Numbered from the stretch's first letter, positions 26,701 to 39,258 are shown. The stretch is DNA of 64,000 bases from Anolis carolinensis (GCF_035594765.1 NC_085844.1:218194107-218258106), one strand, 5' to 3'. The notes: generated by a model from the letters alone, not told the origin. Translations and numbers: made by a program.

Positions 26701-27886
26701 TTAAGTATGCATGGGAATAACAACTGCCATAAATCTCTCGAATCTTCATAGACATGGTTATGTGGGAGCCAATGAAGTGATGAACTTGAGGAAATTGCTG
26801 AGATGCGACAGTTTTATTACAGAAGAAAAAGGTGAGTGATAGTGGCATGATACCGTATTTAACAAGGGACAGCTCTTGTCAAGCTTGATCTCCTAGATTC
26901 TTTTCCAAACCACCCCTTTTCCCCCTTCACCACCAATCTTATTCTATCTTTATGAAAGCTAGGAAAATATACTGTTTGGGTCTGTAGCTCCCACAGTCCC
27001 TAAACCAGCATAAGCAATGTACATATGTTTGTGCATTTTTGTGCATGTCCATTTTTCAAATTTTGGGAATATATTGGGGTTTCTTGGCATTTTTCAACAT
27101 TATCGAGCATTGTTTTCTTATGTGAAGCACACTGCAAATTGAGAGACCTGATGCAAATTTTCAATCAAAATCTTTGTTTGATTTTACATCTGAGTGCAAA
27201 TCTCAGAGAAAACTAATTTCTAACTAGTTGTATTATGGTAATTGCATCATATGCAGTGCTTAGTTCTCTACCTTTCCTTAAAAATACAGATCCATTGTGC
27301 AAATACTTTAAAATATCTGCAGAATATATCCACAGCAGAGGAGTAGGCAGATGATAAATGCTCAAAGAGTATTTCAGCATATTATGCTCTTCTAATGGCT
27401 ATTCTGTTTTATAGACCCAGAAGAATTCTTGAATGCCCTTCTAGGAGAAGTCTTGGCTGTAGAACCCTTGCTCAAAATCAGGTAAGAGTTCATCATGGTG
27501 AGGGATGCTAACATTTGAGAATGGTGAATTCTAGTTCTCAATTCTGCTACTTGTGGTGAAACTCAGAGCAGACAGAGAAGTGTAGCCAAGAGGGGAGTGC
27601 AAGAGGGGAGTCTAGCTGCTGTAATTAGAATATGGTAAATCCAATCTGTGGCAACCTATAAGAAACAAGTCTATATTTGTCAGTCAGTTGGTAACCCAAC
27701 TCATGGTTGCCCAGTGTCAGCAAAAGGCAAAGCCAAGCCCTGGAACCCACAGATTTGCCTTAATTAGTAAAATGAGCAATGGGTGGCTCCAGTATTTTGC
27801 TGTCTCCTTGGAATGTCTGTGCATGCGTGTGATCATTTCTATAGAGGCAGCCCTATATACATCTCCTCAAAGTTGTTGCTATTATT

Positions 27887-27931
<45 letters not shown>

Positions 27932-30900
27932 TCACCTTACCCCCCAAAATTGGGATCCACAATTGCTTACAGCTATATATCAGACTGGAGCCCCCAGTGG
28001 CGCAGTGTGTTAAAGCACTGAGCTGCTGAACTTGCAGACCAAAAGGTCGCAGGTTCAAATCCAGGGAGCGGAGTGAGCGCCTGCTGTTAGCTCCAGCTTC
28101 TGCCAACCTAGCAGTTTGAAAACATGCAAATGTGAGTAGATCAATAGTTACCGCTCTGGCAGGAAGTTAACAGCACTCCATGCAGTCATGCCGGCCAAAT
28201 GACCTTGGAGGCATCAATGGACAAAGCCAGCTCTTTGGTTTAGAAATGGAGATGAGCACCAACCCCCAGAATTGGACACGACTGGAGATAATGTCAGGGG
28301 AAACCTTTACCTATGCCAGACTAGAGCTCCCATCATTCCCTCAGATTGGACAATTGCTAGGCATGCTCGGTTGATGAGCATTTTAATCCAGTATATGTGG
28401 AAGGTACTGATTTAAAGTTGCCTGTTGCCTTATGGCAAACCTATGAATTTCATAGTGTTTTCTTACATAAGGAATACTCAGAAGTGGTTTTGCCAGTTCC
28501 TTCTTGTTGCCAATCTCCCATCTAAATGCTAACCAGGGCTGAACCTTGATTTGCTTCCTTGATCAGCTGGAATCAGCTGCCTTTAGAATATTTAGGTAGG
28601 TAAAATACATGCTTTTGAACAACTTTCCTATTCCTTCTTCTCTGGAAAAATGTAGAGCAGACAATGAAGTCCTCAAGTATAATTGCTATCAGATCCTTGC
28701 AGAGAACAATGCAACGGTTAAAGTACCTACTGTGCAGCAACTCCTGGAGCAGTCTCTACTCTCCTACGGTCTACATCTGAATGAGGTACACAGTGACTGC
28801 AGACAACATTGTGCATATTTGTGCTAGGGATTACCCCTTCCTGATTTGAGTGAAATGCCCTTTCTGAGGATGCATCTAAACTATAAAGTTAATGCAGTTT
28901 GATTGTAGTTTAACTTTCATAACTCAGTGTTATGAAATCCTGGGATGAGGTACCAGTCCCCTTTGGCAGAGTAGGTTAAAGACCTGGTAAAATTTCAAGT
29001 CCCATATCATAGAGCCAGGGAAGTTAAACTGGTCTCAAAGTGCATTAATTCTATAGTGTATGTGCACCTTCTGTCTTTTTTCAGTCAATTCTTTCCAGAG
29101 ATCAAGGAAGATGATGGGCTAGAAAAGTATGCAGTGGGAAAATAGAGTCATGGGGAAGGGAGACTTACAGAGATTCCTTGCACTCATGTTGGGAATAAAC
29201 GGAGCTTGGAAAAAATTCTTTTTGGAGTTGTTGTTCTCAGATTTCCTCTGAGAGATTCTGGATGCTGTAGTAAAAAAAATGTAACGATTCCAAGCTCTGG
29301 GAATGATGACTAACCTAAGGCTTCGAGAACAGTATGTAGTAATGTTTCATTGTAACATTCAAAATACTTTATAATGTTTCATTTTATTTGATCTGATGAT
29401 ATTCCTTTGGTTGCCATTAATCTCAACCCACATACAGAAAATGGAAGGTCAGATATAATGGTTGTCTGTGGATGTTCCGTAGATGACCTGCTATTTGAAC
29501 GCAAATCACTATTTCATTATTATTTAATAGCTACGGGCAATGATGTAGATGCTGTTGGACACGAACTCTCATAGGCCTCAGCCAGGGAATACTATGGGGA
29601 GATGGGAGGTGCAGTCAAACAGATAAAATCTATTAAGATCCATAGACCCCCACAATTTTTCAAACTAGATGTCTTTATTTTTGATATTTTAAACATCTCA
29701 AAACACAGATAACTTTTAATTTTTATATTTTGTCCTGAGCCAACTGCTTTAGCATGCCTAAAACACTTTTAAAGAGAGACACTTCTATTCCAGATTCCTT
29801 CGTGCTTCATCCTACAGATGCCTAGATTTGGAAAGACATATAAGAAGTTTTCGCTGGTGTATCCTTCTCTGCATCTTGACCTCACAGACTTGGTAAACCA
29901 AGGTAAAGAAGTCCAAAAACTAGTTACATTTTTGATGTTGTTCCCATCTGCAAATTTATAATGGTTACTATCACTTTCCTCTGATTTTACAAATAATGAA
30001 GATTTTCTGGGTGTTTAGGAAGTGAGGATAAAGTAACATGCAGAAGTGATATCTATGGAGTTACAACACAGAATGAAATGTTTGTTCAGCAGTGAACAAT
30101 AGTAAACTAGATGCCCTCTAAATATTAGACTACAGCATCATTCATACACAGCAGAATAGATAAGTCATTTACAGTGGGCAAGGCTGGGAGGTGCCTGATC
30201 ATGGAAGGTGAGTATTTTGTCTCACTTACAAATATGGAAGCTGTAGAGTACTAGGCCTCTGTCACTAGATAGATGTTTTAAAGTCCTTTTTAGTATCACA
30301 ACCAAGTATTGACAGCTATCCAGTGGTGTGAAAGGAATGAGACAGATGTTTCCATTTTTAAGAAAGAACCTAATATTAACCCTAAATTCTTCTTATTTGT
30401 AGCTTCTCCTGTGTGTTGTGTATGTGGTGGGAAGACTTCATATGGATGTTCATGGTGCCAGCCTGACACCCGCCTGCACCCAGAATACATGAAATTATTT
30501 GGGAACATTTCTAAGGTAGGGGCAAGGAAATAATATCAGTGGGATTAGAGGAGAAAATATTGCTACCAGACCTCGGGGAGGGGGCAGTTCAATGTTTTCT
30601 TTGAGTAGGTAAAGGTAAAGGTTTCCCCTGACGTTAAGTCCAGTCATGTCTGACTCTGGGGGTTGGTGCTCATCTCCATTTCTAAGCCGAAGAGCTGGCA
30701 TTGTCCGTAGACACCTCCAAGATCATGTCGCCGGCATGACTGCATGGAGCGCCGTTACCTTCCCGCCAGAGCGGTACCTATTGATCTACTCACATTGGCA
30801 TGTTTTCGAACGGCTAGGTTGGCAGTAGCTGGAGCTAACAGCGGGCGCTCACTCTGCTCCCGGGGTTTGAACCTGGAACCTTTCGGTCTGCAAGTTTAGT

Positions 30901-33028
30901 AGGCTCAGTGCTTTAACACATTTTGCCACCTTTGAGTGGTAGTCTATATATTTGGCTAGCCAAAGCTACATTTGGACAGATTGATAGCTGTCTTAGGGAA
31001 TCTGCAGCATACTTGTTAGGTGTTCTGACTGCTGATATAACAACAGAAAGCAAAACTAAAACACCACCACCAAGTCTCTACTATGACTGGACACATTGAC
31101 TGCTAATCTCTTAGCCTCTATTTTTTTTACCTGTGAAACAGCAATATTAGTTTGTTGCTTTTGATAAACTATCCATGCATCTCTCTAGCCACTTTGAGTT
31201 TTGCAGTAGAATCCCTGTTCCATAATAACTGAAACATAGTTTTCAGTGCAGTAAATAAATAACTCCAAGCCTTCCACACCACTCTCTCTAATTAATGAGT
31301 ATCATGTTTTTAAGAAAGAAAGAAAGAAAGACAGTAGACTTTGCAAGTCCAAGGCCTGCTCAGCCTGACCTGTGAAGAATTTATCAAATCCTTAGCTATT
31401 GGTCTGGCTTTTCTTTTGGAAATGTGACAAATTGATTTCAATTGGCAACGAAAGTCTTTTTCCACAGCTTCATATTTTGCATATCCTCCTACCTTCCCAG
31501 AAACATAATGATATGAATGCACAGAAACCACCCAATTTTTACTGCTGGGAAATCTAAATTATATCTAAACAGATCAGCTTTCCAGAGTCTAAATTGGACA
31601 CAGGACATTCAGATTATCTCAGACAAAAACACATGTCTCTGAGACAAAGATTTCCAGTTACAGTGCAAAGGCAGCCATAGGAATTTGTAAAGACCAAAGG
31701 AGGCTGAAACTACCAGAGCTGGCCAGCATGAATTGGAAGTGATAATGCTTCACTTAATTTCTCAAAATCAGAGAAGTTGGACTGTTTTCAGTATTTTGGT
31801 AGTGGAAACACTGTAAGAGGTGCCAGGGTTCTGCTAACAGAATTTGAACAAAGAGCAGAAGGAACACTGAACCCAATGTCATTGTGCTAAGCACTGGCTC
31901 AAACAATCAGAATTAAACTCTTTCTTCCTTAAACATAATTACCGTATCTAGATATTTTAATATTTAGTATTGCCAATTGAACAAGCTAATTATAAAGCAA
32001 CTGAATAGAAATCAGCAGGCTAAAATAGTATGAAAATCAAGCTATGGTTATCCCAAAAGCTTGGGTGAAGAGACAAGTTTTAACTTGAATTGAATTGAGA
32101 GTAGCATCAACATAAACCAGGCCTTCAAATGAAACCCTTCTTCAGGGGATTTGACACCTGTTCACAGCTGAAAAAAGTTTCCACGAGTGGTACAGCTTTC
32201 TTCAATGGGCATGACAGTATTGGATAAAACTCAAAGATTTTGATATATTCTATTGTCATAGAGAGAAAGAGACAGGATTAGGATTGTAATCACTGTTTAT
32301 TTCACCCAGGCACATTCTCCTTTGACCAGACTGAAGCATTCTGGTAAAGAACTGAAATCCAACAGCCCTTCTGCTAAGCAGCCCACACTGGATTTGTTTG
32401 CAGTTCTCTGCATTGAGAAGAGCCATTATGTTGCTTTTGTAAGATATGGCCCATCTCAAACATCCTGGCTTTTCTTTGACAGCATGGCTGGCACACTGAG
32501 TAAGGAAAACTTTTGGTACTTATTTATCCAGTTATTTAAATGAAATACGTTACAAAACTAAGTGTAAAAGACAAACAATATGTCAAAGATGTTATTTCCA
32601 AAATAAGCTATTAGAGAGTATCAACTGGAAAATTTAGGATGCTAAGATGTGTTAAGGAAAGTACTTGATCAAATATAAGTCAGATGTATGCCTATTTGGA
32701 CCCCATAGCTACAAAACAAACCAGATAGCATACTTAAGTCATACATGAACACAACTTGACAGTTGTTTTATTGCCAATTATAGCATACTTTTGTTTCCCT
32801 TTTCAAAATTGTTCTTAATGTCCTTGCTCTTATTTTTCTTTAGAGAATGAGAAACAAACAAATATCCCTGTGGTAAAAGCCTGCCCTCAGATTGGACACT
32901 ATTTGGCTATGTCACCAACAGAATTTGCCACTGTTGATACTAACCAGATGGACAAGCTTTCCAGAAGATTCTTTTGTGACGCTTACACATTCATGTACCA
33001 AGAACCAAAACACAGCTCTTACAAATAG
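23376..33028 (+). CDS. CYLD-like USP-family deubiquitinase, compact paralogue, 556 aa; join(23376..23789, 24688..24820, 25395..25536, 25836..25943, 26752..26831, 27415..27481, 28656..28785, 29794..29902, 30403..30515, 32310..32499, 32844..33028)
   Basis: The 11 GT-AG exons splice into one open frame of 1671 nt. Motifs [16 protein letters not shown] (Cys box), [41 protein letters not shown] (His box), WLFFDSMA (Asp), CDAY and C-terminal YK* are diagnostic of the CYLD USP domain. Too short and diverged to be CYLD itself. Confidence 0.93.
24688..24820 (+). CDS. CYLD-like exon B (linker)
   Basis: catcag|GAT...AAAG|gtgag, phase 0 to 1, open: [44 protein letters not shown]. Confidence 0.75.
25395..25536 (+). 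CDS. CYLD-like exon C (catalytic Cys box)
   Basis: [21 protein letters not shown]; ccag|AG ... AG|gtgtg. Confidence 0.93.
25836..25943 (+). CDS. CYLD-like exon D
   Basis: [36 protein letters not shown]; tgcag| ... CA|gtgag. Confidence 0.92.
26752..26831 (+). CDS. CYLD-like exon E
   Basis: [27 protein letters not shown]; catag| ... G|gtgag. Confidence 0.92.
27415..27481 (+). CDS. CYLD-like exon F
   Basis: [22 protein letters not shown]; atag| ... AG|gtaag. Confidence 0.94.
27987..28313 (+). mobile_element. Sauria SINE
   Basis: GGAGCCCCCAGTGGCGCAGTGTGTTAAAGC...GGGGAAACCTTTACC. Confidence 0.92.
28656..28785 (+). CDS. CYLD-like exon G
   Basis: [44 protein letters not shown]; gtag| ... GAG|gtac. 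Confidence 0.92.
29794..29902 (+). CDS. CYLD-like exon H
   Basis: [36 protein letters not shown]; ccag| ... G|gtaaa. Confidence 0.94.
30403..30515 (+). CDS. CYLD-like exon I (B-box-derived Cys cluster)
   Basis: [38 protein letters not shown]; gtag| ... AAG|gtagg. Confidence 0.9.
30608..30930 (-). mobile_element. Sauria SINE
   Basis: Same family as 22682 and 27987. Confidence 0.92.
32310..32499 (+). CDS. CYLD-like exon J (catalytic His and Asp)
   Basis: [10 protein letters not shown]...[37 protein letters not shown]; ccag| ... A|gtaag. Confidence 0.94.
32844..33028 (+). CDS. CYLD-like last coding exon
   Basis: [61 protein letters not shown]; TAG at 33026-33028. Confidence 0.93.
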
Positions 33029-33254
33029 CAGTCCAGAAACTGAGGTCTTAGTGAGACTTCAAAAGCTCACAAGGACCAGTCTATCTTTGTAGCAGACAGA
33101 ATCACTGATGTGACCAGAAGCTATAGACTTTCAACAGTCAGCTTGGAGTTAAAGGCATTGGCTTGTGTTGTAGCAACTCAGTGCTTCGAATGCCAAATTT
33201 CCTGGACAAAATAATAACACAATCATATTCTAGATTTCTCCCCAGGGAGACACA

Positions 33255-33563
33255 TTGGCATCAGGTTGTTGGTTGTGTGATCCAGTGTGTTTATCATCCC
33301 CACTGATGTGTTATGTTACCATGCTCCAGAAAGGGCCCAGGAGAAAGTACTCTTACAGCAGGGAGAGACTGAATGTAGAAAGAGCTTTTGAAGATGGAAG
33401 TCCTTCTGCTGATGTCAAAGACGTGGTTGCTAATGTGATCATGGTGTGCTGCATCCTTCCAAACATGCAAGACAATGGGGAAATGTTTTCTAAGGATGTT
33501 ACTAACAAAGCATTACAGAAGATAGAAGCCAGCATCAGTTTGAAAAACCATCTTATTCACTAA
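33255..33563 (+). mobile_element. Degenerate PIF/Harbinger DDE transposase C-terminal fragment in the probable CYLD-like 3' UTR
   Basis: Translation LCDPVCLSSPLM...YSRERLNVERAF...DVVANVIMVCCILPNMQDNGEMF resembles the Harbinger/HARBI1 motifs GDxAYPL..WLM..Y, R.R..VERAFG and I.ACC.LHN. Confidence 0.6.
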
Positions 33564-34606
33564 ATCTTTAACCTAAGGTGGCCTGTTTTCATCAAATACG
33601 GAATGTCAGAATTTCCTTTGGACAATTCATTTGGAATAACTACTTCAGTGTTGCCTATGGCTCTGGTTCAAGGCTTTTTTGGTAAATGTATGCTAAAAAC
33701 CAAATGATCTCTTCATAGTCGTTGTCAAACCCCTCCTCAACATACTGAAAGAAATCCTAGCTTTATGGACCCTGTCAAGTATTCTTTCACTATATCATGC
33801 AGAGGCAGAAATGAGTTAACAACTTTCTAGGTTTGTTATGTAACAGAAACAGTTTTGGGTAGTTCAGTGTCCAAATATTTCACACATCTCTTCAAACCAC
33901 TTTTCTGGGTTGATCTTTTTGGGCTGAAGTTGCGGACTACTGATTGGCCAGGTATTGTGAGAAGATCATCCTTGCACGATATTTTAAAATATCCTCTAAA
34001 GGCCCTAACATAAAATCAGGCTGAAATATTTTGGGAATAAAATTAATATATTTCCAGCATCTTAAATTTGGTCTCTTTCTTGTGGACAGCAAACTTAGTA
34101 GTCTCGCTTATCCAACATAAATAGGCCAGCAGAACATTGGATAAGCGAAAATGCTGGATAATAAGGAGGGATTAAGGAAAAGCCTATTAAATGTCAAATT
34201 ACGTTATGAGTTTACAAATTAAGCACCAAAACAATGTTTTATAACAAATCGACAAATAGACAGCAGTAATTACTGTATTTGTGAATTTAGCACCAAAACC
34301 TCGCAATGCATTGAAAACATTGACTACAAAAACATTGACTATTAAAAGGCAGACTGCGTTGGATAATACGGAATGTTGGGTAAGTGAAGGTTGGATAAGC
34401 AAGACTCTACTATACTTGAAAAAAAAATCCCATCTCCCACGTTTGTAACCAGCTAATAATCAGAGAACTGGTGATGGAGAGAAGCTCTTCTTCCCAGCAG
34501 ATGTTCTCCTGGGAAGCAAAGGAAACACAAGAAACATTCCCTACAATCCTAATGCTTTCTTCTAGGCCATTTTTTTGATTCTGCAGGAGGAAAAGCCATC
34601 CACTCT

Positions 34607-34826
34607 AATAAAGTATAATGCTCTGAACTCAATTAATCTTATATTAATCTTCTGCTTTAACCTGGCATTCTAGAAAGCTAAACTATGAGTAAAAAATTCC
34701 AGCGGTCAGTATCTTAATGACTTAATTAGGAAATCATGTCTAGGTTTTGCTTTAAGCTATGTTTATGTTTTTATTTATTTTAAAATATCATTAATGAAAT
34801 GTACTTATGATTTTTTCTAAAATAAA
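34607..34826 (+). terminator. Candidate poly(A) signals of the CYLD-like gene
   Basis: AATAAA at 34607-34612 and 34821-34826 (also 34036-34041), the latter followed by T-rich sequence. Confidence 0.4.
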
Positions 34827-36035
34827 AAGTCTTAATTTTTTCTAAATTCTAACTTCATTGTGCATCCACTCTGTTTTAAAAGAATCAAGTTAAATTATTT
34901 TGGGTCATTACACAAAAACTAAAGGATTTCCATGTTATACAAGGTGAGGAAAACTTCTGAAACTCACTGAAGTTTTAGCAACGGATTATAATGTGATGCA
35001 CAGTTGAGGACTTTTTCCTCATGAATGTCCATTAGGAATTCTAAATCTCAGCAGAACGCCTCTGGATTATTTTATCCAAATACTAATGGAATTTTTCAAT
35101 TTGTGCAAGAGCTTTTAGATAACAGGTTACTTTTAGCCAACAAATTGCAACTGGATTTCTGTACCACTTATGAGAAATTTGTTCCTATGTAAAAAGAGTG
35201 ATGATCAGCTGAGCTTACATTTCTAAAGTCGTTCCTGCTTTAAAGTCATGTCATCACAATGAGCTCCAAAATAGAAACACGTAAAAGCTCTAGTCACATG
35301 AGTGCTTCAAAAGCCGGCATAGGGATCTTTGAGTAAGCGGAGGATGTATTTATCTGATACAGAATGTTTATGCAGTGACAACATATTGCAAAATACAGGC
35401 CTGAGGAAATGTTTTTGTAGTGCAAATTGTGAATTAGTTCAAGCAATGCAGTTTTTTTTCTTTCTACAACCATCTGCACTGACAAAGATGAGACACTTAG
35501 TAGGACAAAATGAATCACACATCCAAATAAGATGTGACTCAGCTCATCCTATGTATAAGCTCAGCACATGTCCGCTACTGGTATAACAATACAGAACATT
35601 GTATTGGGAGAAGTTTATTAATTCTGGGTGAGATTCATGCATTTATATTGCTGGTAGAGTAATATATAGTAAGACCTTTCACTTCTCAATTTGTGGGCCA
35701 CTGTTACCATGCTGATCATGACAGGTGCCACAGAGTGAAACAGTATTTACTTTATTCTTATTTCTCCTCTTTACTACAGCACTTTTTATTTATCTCATGA
35801 GATTTTAATCATGCATTCTTTGCACCATTGCCCAGCCTTTTATTTTAACCTGATGTACTGTTCTTATTTGGTGGTTTAACTTACCATTATATTGTTATTA
35901 AAATGTTGGTTTAATATGTGTAATGTCAATGATGTCTGTTTTATTGTGAATGTATTTTGTTTATTGTGGAAATTGGGCTTGGGCCCATGTTAGCTGCCCT
36001 GAGTCTCTGCGGGGAAATGGAGGCGAGGTATAAAG

Positions 36036-36092
<57 letters not shown>

Positions 36093-36800
36093 TATTATTC
36101 AGCATCACACTCATAAATGGGACACTGCTGTTCTAATATAGGAAGCCATGTTGAGCAATGACCTATGCTCAACTCACCCTGCAAATCATTGCCTAACCTG
36201 GGAAATGTGGCCACTAACCCAACTGTATGTGGCTACTAGTTGCCGAAGTTCTTTGATGGAAGAAGGGAATCTTTCACACACTTTTGTTCAATCCAAAATG
36301 AAGACTTGTCTCAAGTTAGATTATCTACTTGCCAGAAGAAAAACCAAACTTTGACATAAGCTATTTGCATGTTGCGGAGTGTTGTTTCCACTAATTTCTC
36401 CTCTTTTCAGCTGCAGCACTCTGTCTCCAACCAACACGGAGCATCATTCCAGAAAGTTCCGCAGGCTTTTGTAGGGACAGAGGATGAATGAAACTTCATT
36501 CAAGGAACTTCGGATCCAAACAATTATTCCTAGAAATATTGCCTTCTGACATGATCAAACACACTGGAATTGTACTTTCTTGAAGCTGGAATGCTCAAGT
36601 TACAAAGTCAGCGTCAGCAAACAAGTCTATAATCAGATTGTTCAACTAAATGCTGCAACAGGTACCCACTGCAACGATAAGAGATTTGATGCACAAGTTT
36701 TAAGGAATGCCAGAACTAGAAAATGTAATGCCATTTTTTGAAATAAGAGAATGCCACCAAGTTAAACAATATCTCATACCAAATTTTTAACCATGTGACA

Positions 36801-36806
36801 TTTATT
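36801..36806 (-). terminator. Candidate distal poly(A) signal of RAB5IF (about 2.5 kb 3' UTR)
   Basis: TTTATT on + (AATAAA on -), followed on the minus strand by GT/T-rich sequence. Confidence 0.4.
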
Positions 36807-39258
36807 AGAGAGAGTTCATGTATAAAATGTGGTGTATGAACAATGTTTTAAGTAAACAAAATCAAATGCAACTTAAGCTCAAAAGAGGGGAAAAGGACAG
36901 TTCCCAATTGAGGAGGGTAATTTAAAAATTAAGCTACATCCCAAAAGAGACTTCAAAGAAATAGCAGTGTTAGTTTCTTCCAGCTCAAAACGGAAGAAGG
37001 GGGGAGAGAGAAAAACAGGGCAGCACTTTTAACACTAACTGGTTTTAGCATGAGCTTCAGATGCAGCAGATAACAATACCGGTATTAAAGCTCCAGGTAA
37101 TAAAGCATATTTCTACAGTTGTGGGCATGAAACAGGTTATAGAAATATGGAAATGTAAAAGTCTTCAGAATGTCCCTTGCCTTACAACATTCTCAGAGAG
37201 CTGCGTGAGGTGATACAGGTCTTTCCTATCCCTACAGTGGGCAGTTAGTGTTGATATGTGAAAGTAATAAAACTGCATACCAGAAATCAGTTTCAATGGG
37301 TTCAAAATTCTGAGAAAATTCCTTTTTCTATACCACTGGTTCTCCAGGTATTTTGGATTTCAGCTCCCACAATTCCTGACAGCTGAAGAAGGAAAGATTG
37401 GGAACTACTGCTCTACAGTAGACTCTCGGTTAACTGGCACATATGGGGATTGGTAGATGCCGGACAATAGTAGTTTCTTGTTGCTTAAGAATTACTATTC
37501 AAGTAGCTCTAATACTATAATCCAAGATATACTATACTGTAAACTCTGTATTGACTTGATATTAATATTGCAATATAGTCATTGAAAGGAAATTATAACA
37601 GATAAACAAATTTAACTTAAAGTAGTACAATTTCACTGTAATATAAAACTGGTTTTATTTTATTATAGTATTGATTTTATTGATTATTTCTTTGATTTTT
37701 TGTCAGTTGCTTGCGACTTATGGTTAACTGAGAGGGTAGGGGACATAATCTGCATCTTTCTGAAGCCTATTACACTTTCTATGTTGCACTTTGTGCTGAA
37801 TCTGAAGAAATGGTGTTATATCCACTTAATCTCATGATAAAAATTTTAAAAATTGTCTTAAAAGTGCTGCAGCATTTCTTTCTTTCCATACCAGAAGAGT
37901 GTTTGATAAATTGTGTTTCATAACACAGATCTTCAACAGCAGCCACTACTATGATTATTAGCAACGGCTGTGCTTCAGCCTTCCATGTGCTCCAGAATTC
38001 TTCTCTAATGTTAGGTCCCCATAGTAATGGGTGAAAAGATAAAATGGTGTTCGAGAGATCATGTAGAAAACTACCTTGGGATTTCCAAGTATGTCAGAAT
38101 TTTGAGTTAGGAAAGAGGCAAGAGAATTTAGAATTCATCCAGTTAAGATTCAAGTCAAGATCTCTTCATAAGGCAGTTTTACTGCAAAGCTTCTCTTTCA
38201 TGTTAGATTTTAAAAACAGTCTACTCCAAGAAGATGTCAGTCCTAAGCATACCCATGTAGACAAAAATGAATATATAAAATTTTATTTAGACAACATCTA
38301 TATTTATGATTCATAAGTGTGCTAAACTAGCGTACAGTCAATGTCATTATCTTTGATATTGTTATTTAATAGTCACAAAGATCAAAACTGAAACTATAGG
38401 TCAATGTACTCTCACTCTGGAAGAGTTGTAGAAGACAATAGCTGCCTTAATTAATCTATGCTATGTTTCAGTTTCAGAAACCTATCAAGGTCCCGAAATA
38501 ACTGAGTTCTAAAATACATTTTTAATTATTTTGTGCATTTAGACTATCGAACTCTGAGGTAGGCACTGAATTAGTCGGCTGTTAAGGTGTTTCTAAATCA
38601 CTGTGACCATTCTGTAAGTTCAACAGTCAAGCCAGGTAAGCCTAGCATTTTTCATTAAGGAGTCAACATCCCAAGTTTCAGAAACAATCTGATTATGTTT
38701 GTAATACGTACACAACCCAAATCTGAGAAATCCTCAAGGAACCCGTTAAAATATTAATACTTAATACAATCAATTAAATCAGATCAATTCTTTAATTATC
38801 TTAAAACAGAGACAACCATCAAACCTATGCTAGATAACCAATTCTGTGGATTTTTCTTCCTGCCAAAGGTCCCATGATGTTACAGTTTTAAAAACTGTAT
38901 ATCTAGCAAATGGAAGACAAGTCAAAATTTAAATATAGCTCATTCAGAGGACGGTACGATGGGCTCAAATTAAATAACATGGCCACCTTTTTAGGACATT
39001 AACATTTGTTGTTGCCATATTGGATAGTCACAGAAAGGACCAAAAGATTGAATAGTCTTTTGATGGCTTTTTTGTGTTTTGGAATATTTTTTAAAATAAT
39101 CAAGACTGACTCAACTTCTCTTCTCAGAAGGCATATGACTTGTCCCGTATCCTTGGACCATAGGTATAAAAGCCATCTTATTTTACTTCCCTCCAGTTCA
39201 AAGGCTGCATCTTAAAGTGTTCTTCAATCTATTAAGACAATTGATTTGGCTGACTCGG

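Noticed and set aside
27987-28080. tRNA-like A/B boxes
   Set aside because: These are SINE heads, not tRNA genes; no cloverleaf 3' half, and they continue into the SINE body.
23376-33028. Calling the gene CYLD itself, or a CYLD pseudogene
   Set aside because: It is far more diverged and shorter than expected for the conserved orthologue and lies in a different neighbourhood; the frame, splice sites and triad are all intact, so there is no evidence of pseudogenisation.
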